Positions 35,076 through 46,359 of a DNA stretch of 64,000 nt are shown here, one piece after another (within the stretch, counting starts at the first letter, position 1; each line of letters opens with the position of its first letter). A model generated the notes under the pieces. The model saw nothing but the letters and a program-made list of their open reading frames with translations. It was not told the DNA's origin and searched no databases. The DNA is from Nemertoderma westbladi. Lineage: Eukaryota > Animalia > Xenacoelomorpha. The DNA is taken from positions 1 through 64,000 of the forward strand of contig JAUCBJ010006889.1 in NCBI GenBank assembly GCA_032718475.1. Reading direction: 5' to 3'. Position numbers and translations under genes: made by a program.

Positions 35076-35174
35076 TGAAGTAATACATAACCCCCTTAGC
35101 TATGAATTGGTTACTAGGCAATAATACTACATTTTGTATAGTTAGGCCTATTGCTGACCGAACGAAAACTGACC

Positions 35175-35245
35175 TGGTTCAAGCGAGGATCGAACCCACG
35201 ACCTACTGGAGATGTGAATTCAAAGCAACCACTACACCAATGTGG
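35175..35245 (-). mobile_element. tRNA-derived SINE head
   Basis: Minus strand has A box TGGTGTAGTGG and B box GGTTCGATCC with tRNA-like spacing; no intact cloverleaf. Confidence 0.6.
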
Positions 35246-35303
35246 AACAGTAACGTTCGAATTTGTTCGTTAACGTTCAAATTTGTAAGACTCTGATTTA
35301 AGA

Positions 35304-35803
35304 CCTCAGCCACAGTCTCAGCCACAGCCTCAGCCTCAGCCACAGCCTCAGCCCCAGCCACAACCTCAGCCACAGCCACAGCCTCAGCCACAGCCACAGC
35401 CACAGCCTCAGCCACAGCCACAGCCTCAGCCACAACCTCAGCCACAGCCTCAGCCAAAGCCTCAGCCACAGCCACAGCCTCAGCCACAACCTCAGCCACA
35501 GCCTCAGCCACAGCCTCAGCCACAGCCTCATCCACAGCCTCAACCACAGCCTCAGCCTCAGCCACAGCCTCAGCCATAGCCTCAGCCCCAGCCACAACCT
35601 CAGCCACAGCCACAGCCTTAGCCTCAGCCACAGTCACAGCCTCAGCCTCACCACAGCCACAGTCACAGCCACAGCCACAGCCACAGCCACAGCCACAGCC
35701 ACAGCCACAGCCACAGCCACAGCCACAGCCACAGCCTCAGCCACGGCCACAGCCACTGCCACAGCCACAGCCTCACCCTCAGCCTCAGCCTCACCCTCAG
35801 CCA
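35304..35803. repeat. (CACAGC/CTCAGC)n hexamer satellite
   Basis: Direct reading. Confidence 0.97.
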
Positions 35804-36078
35804 CTTCTCCAGCAGACCACTTCTCCCCACAGGAGAATATTTGTTTATCTGTTGTCAAAATGTTTAACTAATTTGATGTTTTGGTTACCCATTCATTATG
35901 CATTTAAAATAGGATCAAGTTGACTTTATTTGACTAATTAAACATATTATTATGAAATTATTACATAATTAATACGACTAAATATAATAAATATTTCAAA
36001 CAATCAGTTATAATTAATGTCTCGCATTAACTGTACGACTGTTCATACGCCTAGGTCGATATACAACAGTTGCTGGAG

Positions 36079-37539
36079 CAGTGCCGGATTAACCTTAAGG
36101 CATATATGGCACGTGCCTTAGGGCCAGACGAAAATACAGGCCATTTTTTCTCAGCGAGTCATTCCTGTGAAAAAAATTACTTTTATCTGAAAAGTCCACA
36201 TTTTTTCTTACTAAAATTTCTAGAAAACAGAACAAAAGTGCATCTTTCGACTACTTCATATCACTAGATTTGTGGTAGAAATTGCAAAATTGTAGCTCAA
36301 TCGACCGACAGCTGCTTGTGTTATTAGTTCGAGACCTGATGGCAGGGAAATTATAAAACATGGGCATAAAACTTTAAAGTGCTAATTATGAACAATGGAT
36401 AATTTCATTTCATTTATTTGTGGGGAATTATTTGTAGTTATGTACTTAAATTTTCTAGAACAACCAAATAATGACGTGGTGACATACTCGAAACACTGTA
36501 CATAGTAAATGTATGGCGATGAGATATGGTAGTGCGAAATTAATTTTTTTCACCGGAAACGAGTTTTCTAAATATAGGCCCTAATAGATAAAAAAAAAGG
36601 ATAAATTAGTTGTAGATAAAATACTTGTTGATAAAAAAAAAACGTGTCAGAAATAACTTCTTGTCACTACTGTAATTTAATTTAACCGAAATTCAGAAGT
36701 TCTACCCTCGTGTATTGCATTTTGCATTCGATGGCATTTTAGGTGCCATTCCTGCAAAACCTAAAACTCTCGGACAGCTTAATTGAATTTAAGTAAATTA
36801 AAATTAGTGACAAAAACTGCTTTTTTCCGAGACTGTTCTCTTATCGAAGAACATTACTTTCTCAGCAAGTCCAAATATAGATCAGAAATATTATATCTTT
36901 GCACTAAGCCCACACTTTTGGTGTGTTAAATTTCTCAGCAAGTCCAGTAAAGATAAGTACCCTGCGAAACCTACCCTACAGCAAATAAATAACACATTCG
37001 ATCCAATCAAAATTGCTAAATACCTACAGTGACCAGTCAGCTTTAAGGGGGCTCACTATTACCCCTACAGAAATGAAATTTTCGAAAATTTACACAATTT
37101 ATTTGCTGTTTGAAAGAAGGGCTTTCATAAAAGGTAATATCGGTTTTCAACATTGAATTATTTTTTGACCTCAAAACTGCTCTTTTCAACAACATAATTT
37201 TATTTTTTACTCAATTTCCATTAAACATATACCAAAATGTTTAGCATCTTTAGGGCTACAATCGTGAATATTGGTTTGTAAAACATGGCCATTTGGATAT
37301 TCTAGTACCGATTTTGTAACTGCTACACTTTGTCTATCACAAAATAGTACTTAGTACTTATTTGCACGCAGTCATCCAACGAAAATACTTTATATTTCCT
37401 TCGCAACATGTTCACAATTTCAGTTGTTTTTAGCAGCTTTTTCTTTTGAAAGGGTTTGCGGAAAAATATAAATTTTCGGGCCATTTTTGGAAATTACTAA
37501 AATGTGCCTTAGGGCCACCAGAGGCTTAATCCGGCACTG
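36079..37539. mobile_element. Non-autonomous hAT DNA transposon
   Basis: 14-bp TIR CAGTGCCGGATTAA / TTAATCCGGCACTG, perfect 8-bp TSD TGCTGGAG (36071-36078, 37540-37547), and subterminal GTGCCTTAGGGCC repeats. Confidence 0.9.
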
Positions 37540-37579
37540 TGCTGGAGATATAACTTTTCCATTCCCTACTCTGATTTTC

Positions 37580-39760
37580 TGTCAATTTTCATTTTCATTG
37601 TCATTCTCATCTGATTCTTCCTCACTGCCGTCGCTACTCTCCTCTGCTTCTTCTCCACTACCATCATTACTCTCATCCGATTCATCCTCATCACTCTCGA
37701 ATGTTTCTGCATTTCATTCAATTGTCTAATTATTTTCTGAAGTTTATTTTTATTTCCTAATACATGTCTTAACCCTATTAGTACCGGGCTATAAAATGTT
37801 GTACAAATACCGGGGGGGGGTCATATTGACCCCTCCCTCTAAAATCTACAAATATTTACGAAAACGTCTGATTTTTTGTTTGTACGTAGGTATCACTTGT
37901 CTGGATCCGACCGAAAAAAAAAATTTTCGAAAAAATGTACTGGGGTGGTTATATTGCAGCACCAAAATTACAAGTAGTGCACAATTTTCACAAAATTTGA
38001 AAGTTACATTTTCGGCTAATTATTTTTCAATACAGGTTTTCTGGGGTGCAAAATACATTGGAAAATATTTAAAAATGATATGATTACTATAAATGGCTGT
38101 TTAGTCCTCTCTGCGTAGGAAAAAAATGAAAAAAACAAGTAACCAGCACTTTTCAGTTAGAACACAAAATTTTTAATTCACTTATACGATGCTATAAATT
38201 CACATTTTCAGGTTTTCGAGGGCGCTGATTCTAATGGAATACATTTCTAATATGCCAGAATATTGCTACTTGTATTTTTCGGCGTAATTTGGCAAATTTT
38301 GGTGCTAGCACCAAATTTCGTACCCATCACCAAAAAGTACAAGTTTGCGATGTCCAGTGCTGTTTTTATTGATTCCATCGGATTCAGGACCCTCATAAAC
38401 ACGTATAACGCAAGAAACAAGGTGATACTATCTACTTATCAATTTGCATATTTTCCAAAATTTGGTGCTGGCACAACAATTTTCACCCACTGGCGAAAAA
38501 TACAAGTTTGAGAACTCTTATGAAATTTTTACTGATACCATTGAATTCAGAACCATCACAAACCCGTATAACGCAAGCAACAAGGTGACACAATCAATTG
38601 ATATATTTGATGGTTTTCAAAATTTGGTGCTAGCACCACATTTTGAACCCACATCCGAAAAATACAAGTTTGAGATGTCTAGTTCGATAATTATATATTC
38701 CATTGAATTCAGAACAGCCATAAACCTCTAAAACGCAAGAAATAAATTGTCACAAGCAATTTTATCTATTGAATGGATTTTCAAAATTTCGTGCTAGCAC
38801 CAAAATTTGCACACAGCACCGAAAAATACAAGTTTGATACGCTTGGTGCAACTCGTATATATTTCATCGAATCCAGAACCCCAAAAAATCCCAATTGCGT
38901 AAAAAACAATTTTCAAACAATCAATTAACAAAATTGACATATTTCAAAATTTGGTGCTGGCACCAAAATTTGGCACCCACCGAAAAAAACAATTTTGAAA
39001 TTTCTAAATCAATTTATATGAATTCCATCCAATTTCTAACACCAAAAAACCGGTGTAAATCAAAAATAGAGATGTTACAATTCATATTTAATGAATTGTA
39101 ATTTTCAAAAAACGTCTCAAAAAAAGTGCCAAAAGTAGGGTTAAGAAATGGTGCTATAACTCGAAAAGTACGCAATATTTTTGAAAACGGTTTTCACTAC
39201 TAGGAAGACAATAGATTTTTAGGAAAAGTCATAAAATTTCAGATTCCCAACTGCGTTTGTTTCAGAATTATAATAAAAAAACCACGGGGGGGGGTCATAT
39301 TGACCCCTCCCCGGGTTTAATAGGGTTAATATCTCCTCATTATCTGAGTCATTCTCCTCCTCACTTTCATGTTCCTCGAATTCTTTCTCGCTCTCATTTT
39401 CTTCATCACCACTCTCATTTTCTTCTTCCTCTATCCCACTCTCTGTTTCATCATTCTCACTTTCATCTGATTTATCATCTTCCTCACTCTCATTATCCTT
39501 TTCACTAGGTGGCTGCTTCTGTATATTTTTCAAAATATTCATGATTTTCTCGAATTTATGTTCCATCATATGTTTAATCTCTAGAAAGTCACTCTCAACT
39601 CTCTTTTTGTTCTCATCTTCACTAAAAATATCATCATTATTTTTTTATTTCTTTGGAGAAGGTTCCATTACACCTTCCTTTCTATGTATACTCATATGGC
39701 GGGATATACTGTCTCTCTCATTTCTTTATCACAAACCATGCATTTTTTATAACTAGGCAT
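37580..39760 (-). pseudogene. Decayed C2H2 zinc-finger + acidic protein carried by the Polinton, split by the piggyBac insertion
   Basis: From ATG at 39760: MPSYKKCMVCDKEMR-(frameshift)-DSISRHMSIH, then an E/D/S-rich tract. The tract resumes left of 37772 once the TTAA insertion is removed. Confidence 0.6.
37773..39325. mobile_element. Non-autonomous piggyBac-like element with internal ~180-bp tandem repeats
   Basis: TTAA|CCCTATTA ... TAATAGGG|TTAA ends; palindromic GGGGTCATATTGACCCC near both ends; repeats at about 38290-39060. Confidence 0.9.
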
Positions 39761-41613
39761 TTTATGAAAGAAAACTGTATTATGTTTTTAAATGTCTACA
39801 GCTATATTTTTTCAAAATTTTCAGTTAGCTAGGGATTCACTTACAAATATAAATCTCAGTAAATGTATATCAGAAGATGGAACATTATTAATAGAGTTCA
39901 AATTTAATGTTTAAAGATTAATGAATATTTTTGTAAGTAAAGTTCAAAGGGATGGATGGGATTTATAAGGGAAAGGGTAACCAGTGAAAATAAGAGTGAA
40001 GCTTGGGGGAACCAATAGAAATAAATAAAAGAGAGAGAGACGTGCTATTGGATTGAGGGAATAATAAACACATTTCATTGAGTTAATTAAATGTAAAACA
40101 TTAGTTAGGATGGGAAATGGGGTGATTTGAGAAGCAGGGAGTGTGCCGGAGAAAAGTGCATGTAATGGGCTACTGCGTTAGATTGGGTATGTTAATTAAT
40201 GTTAGACTATATTATCTGAAGAAATATTTTAGGCATTGCATACGTGGATGGGGTTATGCATTACTTCAAACAAAAAACTACAGTATCTAGTATAGAGATG
40301 GTTGTGGATTAATTTACAGTAACATATGCGCAGGCTGCTTCATAAAGTACAATGTGAAAGAAGTCAATCTATTGCAAACCAGATGTTTATTGTAATTTCT
40401 CAGGCGATTTGACAATGGTCGTATGGTACATAAAACTACAGTATCTAGTATAGAAATGGTTGAGGATTAATTTAACATATGCGTGGGCTGCTTCATACAG
40501 TACTGTACAATGTGAAAGAAGGTAATCAGACCAACAGCCTCAGATTATTGGGGGACTGAGTCGGGGCCAAACTGGCCCACATATTTTCCTGAAACGGTAA
40601 TTTATGTTTTGGGCCCCGCTCACATCTTTACATTTCATTCTATCATTCGATTGTACGACAAAAATAATACAAATGTACTGTATATTGTACTGTATGGTAC
40701 CTATTGTATTGTATATTTTATCTACTGTACCTACTGTAGTACATACTACTATCTATTCATTGCGCGTCCCCTGTCTGATTGATTTGTATCAAATTAAATT
40801 GCCTTTGGCAACATTATTTGATACAAATCGATCGATTAAACAATTAATTAATTGTTTAATCGACCAATTAATTAATTAATTAATGACCTACTTAACACCT
40901 AAGGTGTGAAGTTGGTCCAACTGTCGCAGAAAAGGGGTAACCATTACTACTTGTGCTATTTGCACCGAGTGTACCTGCGCGTACTAGAAAACAGCACCAG
41001 CTCGTACCTGTGAACGATGCAGATCAACCATGGGGTTTCTGTCTGGATCCAATATATTTTACGCCTAAATTTTGTGGTGTCCCAAGACGTCGTCACACTT
41101 CACACTGATCTATGGTCTTACGGCGGATAAAGGAGTTGAACAAAGTCTTACCTCTGGCATGGGCACTCTCAGGCTGTCGAATCATGGTCTAAGTGGGCGC
41201 GGGCGAATAGTGCAGGTTCCTTATACATTGCGGGCATTCCTTCCCCTTGCGTTGCTGTTGCCTAAAGATTTAGGCAGCCATTCCTCAAACGTTTGGCTGG
41301 TTCAAGATGGATACACTAAAAGCTACATGTTCGAGTTTTCAGTATATTTTAACGTAAGCAAAATGATTTAACAAATTTATACTAAGCCACCATTAGTATT
41401 AATTACAAGTGAGATAAGTTTTACAAATAATTAAACTTAAACCTAATAAATTGTAAGTGTAAGTTGAACAGTAAGTGATAACCAAAGGGCAAACTGCACC
41501 TTGTATAGTAACTCTGGGGTATGGAATAACACTAGAATCTTCTACAACATTCAATAAGTTCACATTGGTCCAATATATAATTTAGCAAACACTATTGGCC
41601 CAGCTAATCAGTT

Positions 41614-42235
41614 CTGTGGGGCGAGACACGTAGTCGGCGAGCCTTGGCATACGGTTCATATAGGGCAAATGGGGCATGTCCGTCTGTCTGTCTGTCCGTC
41701 CGTCTGTCTGGTAAATGTTTGAACGCGAATTTCTCTGCATCGCTGGTTCGGAATTGAACCAAACTTAGTAGGTAAGTAGTAGAGAGAAAGTTTAGAAAGT
41801 TTGTAAAGTTTGGTGAAAAATCATGCAGTCTGACGTCAGCTACGACAGATTATGTAGTTTTTAGAAAATGTTAAATTTCTCGGGAAGGCCTCATTTTCCT
41901 GAGCTGAAATTTTGGTGGCCTGTAGAGAATCATGAAGTCTATCTTTTACGAAATTGAAAAGTTAAGACATTTAATTGGGGATCCGCTAGAGACTCAGAAG
42001 TAATGACATAGGCCTACCGGTACGGTACTGCTGTACAGTGCTGCACTGGTAAGTACGAAATTGCAGAATAACAATTTGACACCACCTAGCGGATTAACAT
42101 ATGATTGTATATCGAATGAATACATTTATAGCATGGGATATTGGGTCCAAACTAGACATGCCCCATTTGCTCTATATGAACCGTATGCCAAGGCTTGCCG
42201 ACTACGTGCTGCGCGAAGTCCCCACGAACGTGTTA
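41614..42235 (+). mobile_element. DINE-1/HINE-like (Helentron-associated) non-autonomous element, copy 1
   Basis: ~60-bp inverted repeats (41616-41680 vs 42155-42225) and a (GTCY)n microsatellite at 41678-41710. Near-identical to 44152 onward. Confidence 0.6.
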
Positions 42236-42327
42236 GTTGTACACACGCTATTGTTCCAACTACTTTAATACAGATAGGCGTTACATTCGAAATGGAAAAT
42301 AACTGTTACAAAGAATACAATTTTTAC

Positions 42328-42392
42328 TGAGTGAGATTTGAACTCGTAACCTAATATATGCACGACCTAAGCACTACCTACTGGGCTATTAG
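42328..42392 (-). mobile_element. tRNA-derived SINE head
   Basis: Minus strand has A box TAGCCCAGTAGG and B box GAGTTCAAATC. Confidence 0.5.
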
Positions 42393-42448
42393 ACCAGTCG
42401 ATGTAATTGTATCAGAATATGTTAGATATTGCAAATATACAGTTTTTT

Positions 42449-43365
42449 ACTACTACTACTAGGATCGGCATGCTGCATTGCAGCTGCTTTTTTAAGAATG
42501 CTGTGCCGGCTTGTCAACAAAATTGCACCGCCACAACTCCGTATCACCCATGACATTTGCTAGATCATCCGCATCTTTAAGGCCAGTGTCCTTTAAGATG
42601 CGTCTCAAAAAAGTCATGGGCTGTCCACCATGCTTATTCACTCCATGAGGCTGCCAAAGTACAAGATTATGCACTGGCTGGTCCTCACGTCGAAAGCAAT
42701 GTCCTGCAAAGCGGAGGCGATTTTGCTCTAGTGTCAAGCTTGGGGAAACCAATGAGACACCTCCAATGTTATATAGTGTCTGGTTGGAGATGTGTCCATT
42801 CCTTTCCCTTACGTATTCGAAGGTCCTCACCTGACTTCCGGATCCATGATCCCAGGTAACAGAAGTCGTCCACATGCTCAAGCATACCATCCTTTGAGCT
42901 TATGCTCATCCGATCAGAGACTTGCTGAGGACTTTCAAAGTTAACTGTCAGAATTTTGGTCTTTCTGGAGTTAATAAAAAGACCAACACTAGAAGCAGCA
43001 TGTTCTAATGAGCTGTGGAGCCGTTGGGCTCCCTGTAATGATTCTGAGAGTACTCCTAAGTCATCAGCAAAGTCTAGATCAGTTAGGTACTTGGCAGGAT
43101 TTCCTCGACTTCTGGAGCCAGTAGGTGGAGTTATCATCACCCCATCATCATTATAATGATCTAAGGACATGCGTAGAACATAGTCAACCACAATAATGAA
43201 CAAGAATGGTGCAAGTGTGTCTACTTGGAGGACGCCCCATAACACTTCAAATGGTTCTGTGTCACCGTCAACAGTAGACACAAATGTTGTCGAACCATCG
43301 TATACTGATCTGATTGCAGCAATAATTTCATCAGGAATCCCATATAATGAAAGTATGCTGAACAG
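42449..43365 (-). mobile_element. 5'-truncated RTE-like LINE (RT fragment, (TAG)n tail)
   Basis: GVLQVDTLAPFLF, LDFADD, INSRKTK and FCYLGS motifs, then the same C-terminus as 831-1174. (TAC)n on the plus strand at about 42448-42460. Confidence 0.88.
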
Positions 43366-43454
43366 TTTTTTAAATAAATCGTGAAGCAAGGCAAATATAT
43401 AGAAAATTATGAATTTTTTACGTAAGACTAGTGTACAAAATGCTATCTAAGCTA

Positions 43455-43901
43455 ACATTAATGCCAATATTAATACTGTTGAGAATGTATGTTTATAAAA
43501 GTGTATGTGGGGCGATCCACAAAGTGAGAGAAGCCTTTGCATATGGGCACCATTAACGAGTTGTCTGCCGTTAGTCAGAAGTCTTCAACACAATACTCGT
43601 CCTCCTTTTGTGCCTCGTTGCGTTCGTTCGTTTTTGACCAAACTTCAGATTCTTTCTAAACTTTGGACGGACTACATACATACCAAGTTTCGTATAATTT
43701 CATCGAGGAATATCCGAGATATTAGCGATCAAAAATTTACGACGACAATGACAGATGATGACAGATGACGATGATGACGATGACGACAGACAACTCGCCA
43801 ATGGCACCCATATGCAAAGGCTTCGCTCACTTCGTGGCTCGCCCCACATATACTTTTATAAACATACGCATTCTCCACAGTATTAATTTTGGCATTAATG
43901 T
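43455..43901. mobile_element. MITE-like palindromic element with ~100-bp TIRs
   Basis: 43455-43555 is the reverse complement of 43800-43901; internal (GAC/GAT)n tract. Confidence 0.75.
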
Positions 43902-44658
43902 AGCCAACACACTGTGTCAGCTTACATTAGCAGAGTGAGTAACTTGTAGATATTCCCATAGAATGCATTGGGAAGAGTTATTCAGCTGAGGTGGTAATAG
44001 ATTACAAACTAAACCAACCAGTTAATGTTTGCTTTGCCAGAGAGATTGGTAGGGCCTAAACAAACAGTATGGGTGTACTAAGTACAATAATCTTGGCAAC
44101 CTCATCGATTTATACTAAGCCTTGTGTAGAAATCCATTACATAAGCCATTTATGTGGGGCGAGACACGTAGTCGGCAAGCCTTGGCATACGATTCATATA
44201 GGCTCCAATGGGGCATGTCCGTCTATCTGTCCGTCTGTCCGTCCGTCTGTCTGGTAAATTTTTGAACGCGAATTTCTCGGCATCGCTGGTTCGGAATTGA
44301 ACCAAACTTAGTAGATAAGTAGAAGAGGGAAAGTTTAGAAAATTTGTGAAGTTTGGTGAAAAATCATGCAGTCTGACGTCAGCTACGACAGATTATGTGG
44401 TTTTTACAAAATGTTAAATTTCTTAGCAATGCCTCATTTTTCAGAGCTGAAATTTGTGTTACTCGTAGATAATCATGAAGTCTATCTTTTACGAAATTGA
44501 AAAGTTAAGGCGGTTAATTGGGGATCCGCTAGAGACTCAGGAATAATTGCGTAGGTCTACACCGGTACAGTTAACTGCTGCTGTAATATTCATCAGTAGT
44601 GACTACGAAATTGCAGTATAAAACTGTAATACCTTCATTGGCCAGCTCGTTACCTCGA

Positions 44659-44740
44659 GCGGTGTTGGCTGAGTGGATAAGGCGTTGGACTAGCCATCCA
44701 ATGGGATCTTCTCGCGCTGGTTCGAATCATTTCTGTGGCA
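44659..44740 (+). pseudogene. tRNA-Ser-like pseudogene / SINE head
   Basis: TGGCTGAGTGGATAAGGCG D-arm, TTGGA/TCCAA anticodon stem, long variable arm and GGTTCGAATC. T-stem and acceptor stem do not pair. Confidence 0.65.
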
Positions 44741-44918
44741 AAACTTATTTTGCACGTTTTTTATATTAAATTCTTTAAAGCCAACAATACTTATTAGAAT
44801 TAAACGAACGGATGAAGTGGTAGGCATTCACCAGCGGCAGCATAGTGTAAAGATGATAAAGTAATAATAATAATAAAGTAATAATAAAGTATTGAGGGCC
44901 TTTATATTAGATAAAGAT

Positions 44919-44963
44919 ACAATAGTAAACGTTTTCGACCTACCGGTCTGCATCAGACTATGT
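44919..44963 (-). ncRNA. Minimal hammerhead-like motif in a Penelope-type inverted remnant (44903-45158)
   Basis: Minus strand AUAGU CUGAUGcA GACC-GGUA-GGUC GAAA ACGU UU ACUAU; truncated inverted copy at 45110-45158. Confidence 0.6.
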
Positions 44964-45199
44964 ACTGGCAACTAACAGGAAAAGGTGGGAGTCTATATAT
45001 ATATATATATAAGTTTTAAAGGGGAATACCTGATAGGTGAATCCCAGAAAGGTTAACGTCTATGTATGTACTGTATAACGTAAGGTAATTGTGATAGGGA
45101 AAGTACACCGCAGACCGGTAGGTCGAAAACGTTTACTATTGTATCTTTATCTAATATAATATAACCAGCTAAAGACCCTTATTAGAATTAAACCAACTT

Positions 45200-45630
45200 T
45201 GTTATTATGCATGCTGTTAGAAAATTATTTGGTTTCCCATATGATTGCAGTGCCAGTGGTATGCTTACCAATCTACGTATTAACTCCCCTTTACACATTA
45301 GGCGTTTTTCAATTCACAGTTTATTTAAGCGAGTCATGAATTCACCGTCATATATTACCCGTGCAGTTTATTATAATACCCTTGATACCTCAGAACTCTT
45401 TGCTACCTATCGCAGAATTTAACGTCAATTAAATCACAATATTTAATCTTTCTTTTTGTAATACACTTTCATTAATTTATATTATACAACAATAATAACT
45501 ATTTTTCTTTTTAATATTCACGTGTGGTGCATTGTGCAATTTATCTCCTGCATTGTAATATGGGCGTTGCTTAGCCCGGAATAAACAATAATAAATATAA
45601 ATAAATATAAAATATAAAATATAAAAATAT
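45200..45630 (+). mobile_element. 3' fragment of a Proto2/RTEX-like LINE with (TAAAA)n tail
   Basis: VRKLFGFPYDCSASGML...HIRRFS matches VRRLFGFKRDDSASGML...HIRRFS in the 46645-48453 ORF. Confidence 0.75.
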
Positions 45631-46069
45631 ATAAAATATATATATGCAGTCTATTAGAAGTTTAGAAATAATCTGAGTTTTTATCAAAACAAGACTGTCT
45701 GACACTCGGTACTGGTAGTTTCAGACTTTTTATAAAAACCGAAATAAGTCGTTTAAACAAATTATGAATTAAACCAAACTTGTACGTATGCAGTCCATTA
45801 AAAGTTTGGAAAGTATCTGAAGTTTGGTCAAAAATAACAACGTGTTGGCAAGCTGTATTTTTCGAGGTGTTTGTTATTATACATTTTTTATAAGAAGGGA
45901 TCTAGGGGTCTTAACCTCGAATGATAAGTTTATTTTACCGAAAATAACTTATCTTTTATTGGCGCAATTGTAGGACTAATCCCATCACATGCGTACTTTT
46001 TAACCGGGTAGTGTACAAATTTTGGAAGCGCGTAATTTTTCTTGAAATTAATATCTCATATCTCTCCAA

Positions 46070-46112
46070 ACCACGTACGCGTTTCGACCTTACTGGGTCT
46101 CATCAGCGTGGT
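46070..46112 (-). ncRNA. Canonical minimal type I hammerhead ribozyme
   Basis: Minus strand ACCACG CUGAUGA GACC-CAGUAA-GGUC GAAA CGCG UA CGUGGU: full core, 6-bp stem I, 4-bp stem II and palindromic stem III. Confidence 0.88.
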
Positions 46113-46175
46113 GTCGGATTCGAACCTGGGACCTCGAGGCGGAAGCCGAGACTACAACCACTAGGCCACAGGTTC
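46113..46175 (-). mobile_element. tRNA-derived Pol III head fused to the hammerhead
   Basis: A box TGGCCTAGTGG (46168-46158) and B box GGTTCGAATCC (46126-46116). Confidence 0.7.
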
Positions 46176-46359
46176 TTGAGATATGGAGTATTAATTTCAA
46201 AGACAGCTGCCATTCAAAAAATGTATAAGGTCAAAAATAAGTCAGTCGGTACCGGTGGTTTCAGACTTTTTATAAAAACCGAAATAAGTCGGGCAATTGC
46301 AGTTCAGACTTTTTGTAAAAACCGAGGCTGCGCGAAGTCCCCACGAACGTGTTATAATC

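Larger units (their letters stand above)
30154..40951. mobile_element. Non-autonomous Polinton/Maverick derivative
   Basis: Termini AGTAGTA...TACTACT and 6-bp TSD TGTGCT (30148-30153, 40952-40957). Long TIRs: 30154-30360 plus 33389-33620 (split by a LINE) match the reverse complement of about 40480-40951. No polB, integrase or capsid ORF seen. Confidence 0.88.
44152..46354 (+). mobile_element. DINE-1/HINE-like element, copy 2, with nested insertions
   Basis: 44152-44545 matches copy 1, and it ends with the same GCTGCGCGAAGTCCCCACGAACGTGTTA at about 46327-46354. Confidence 0.55.

Noticed and set aside
34165-35858. LTHS-, AEAV- and LRLW-repeat ORFs
   Set aside because: Translations of (GAGT)n and hexamer satellites.
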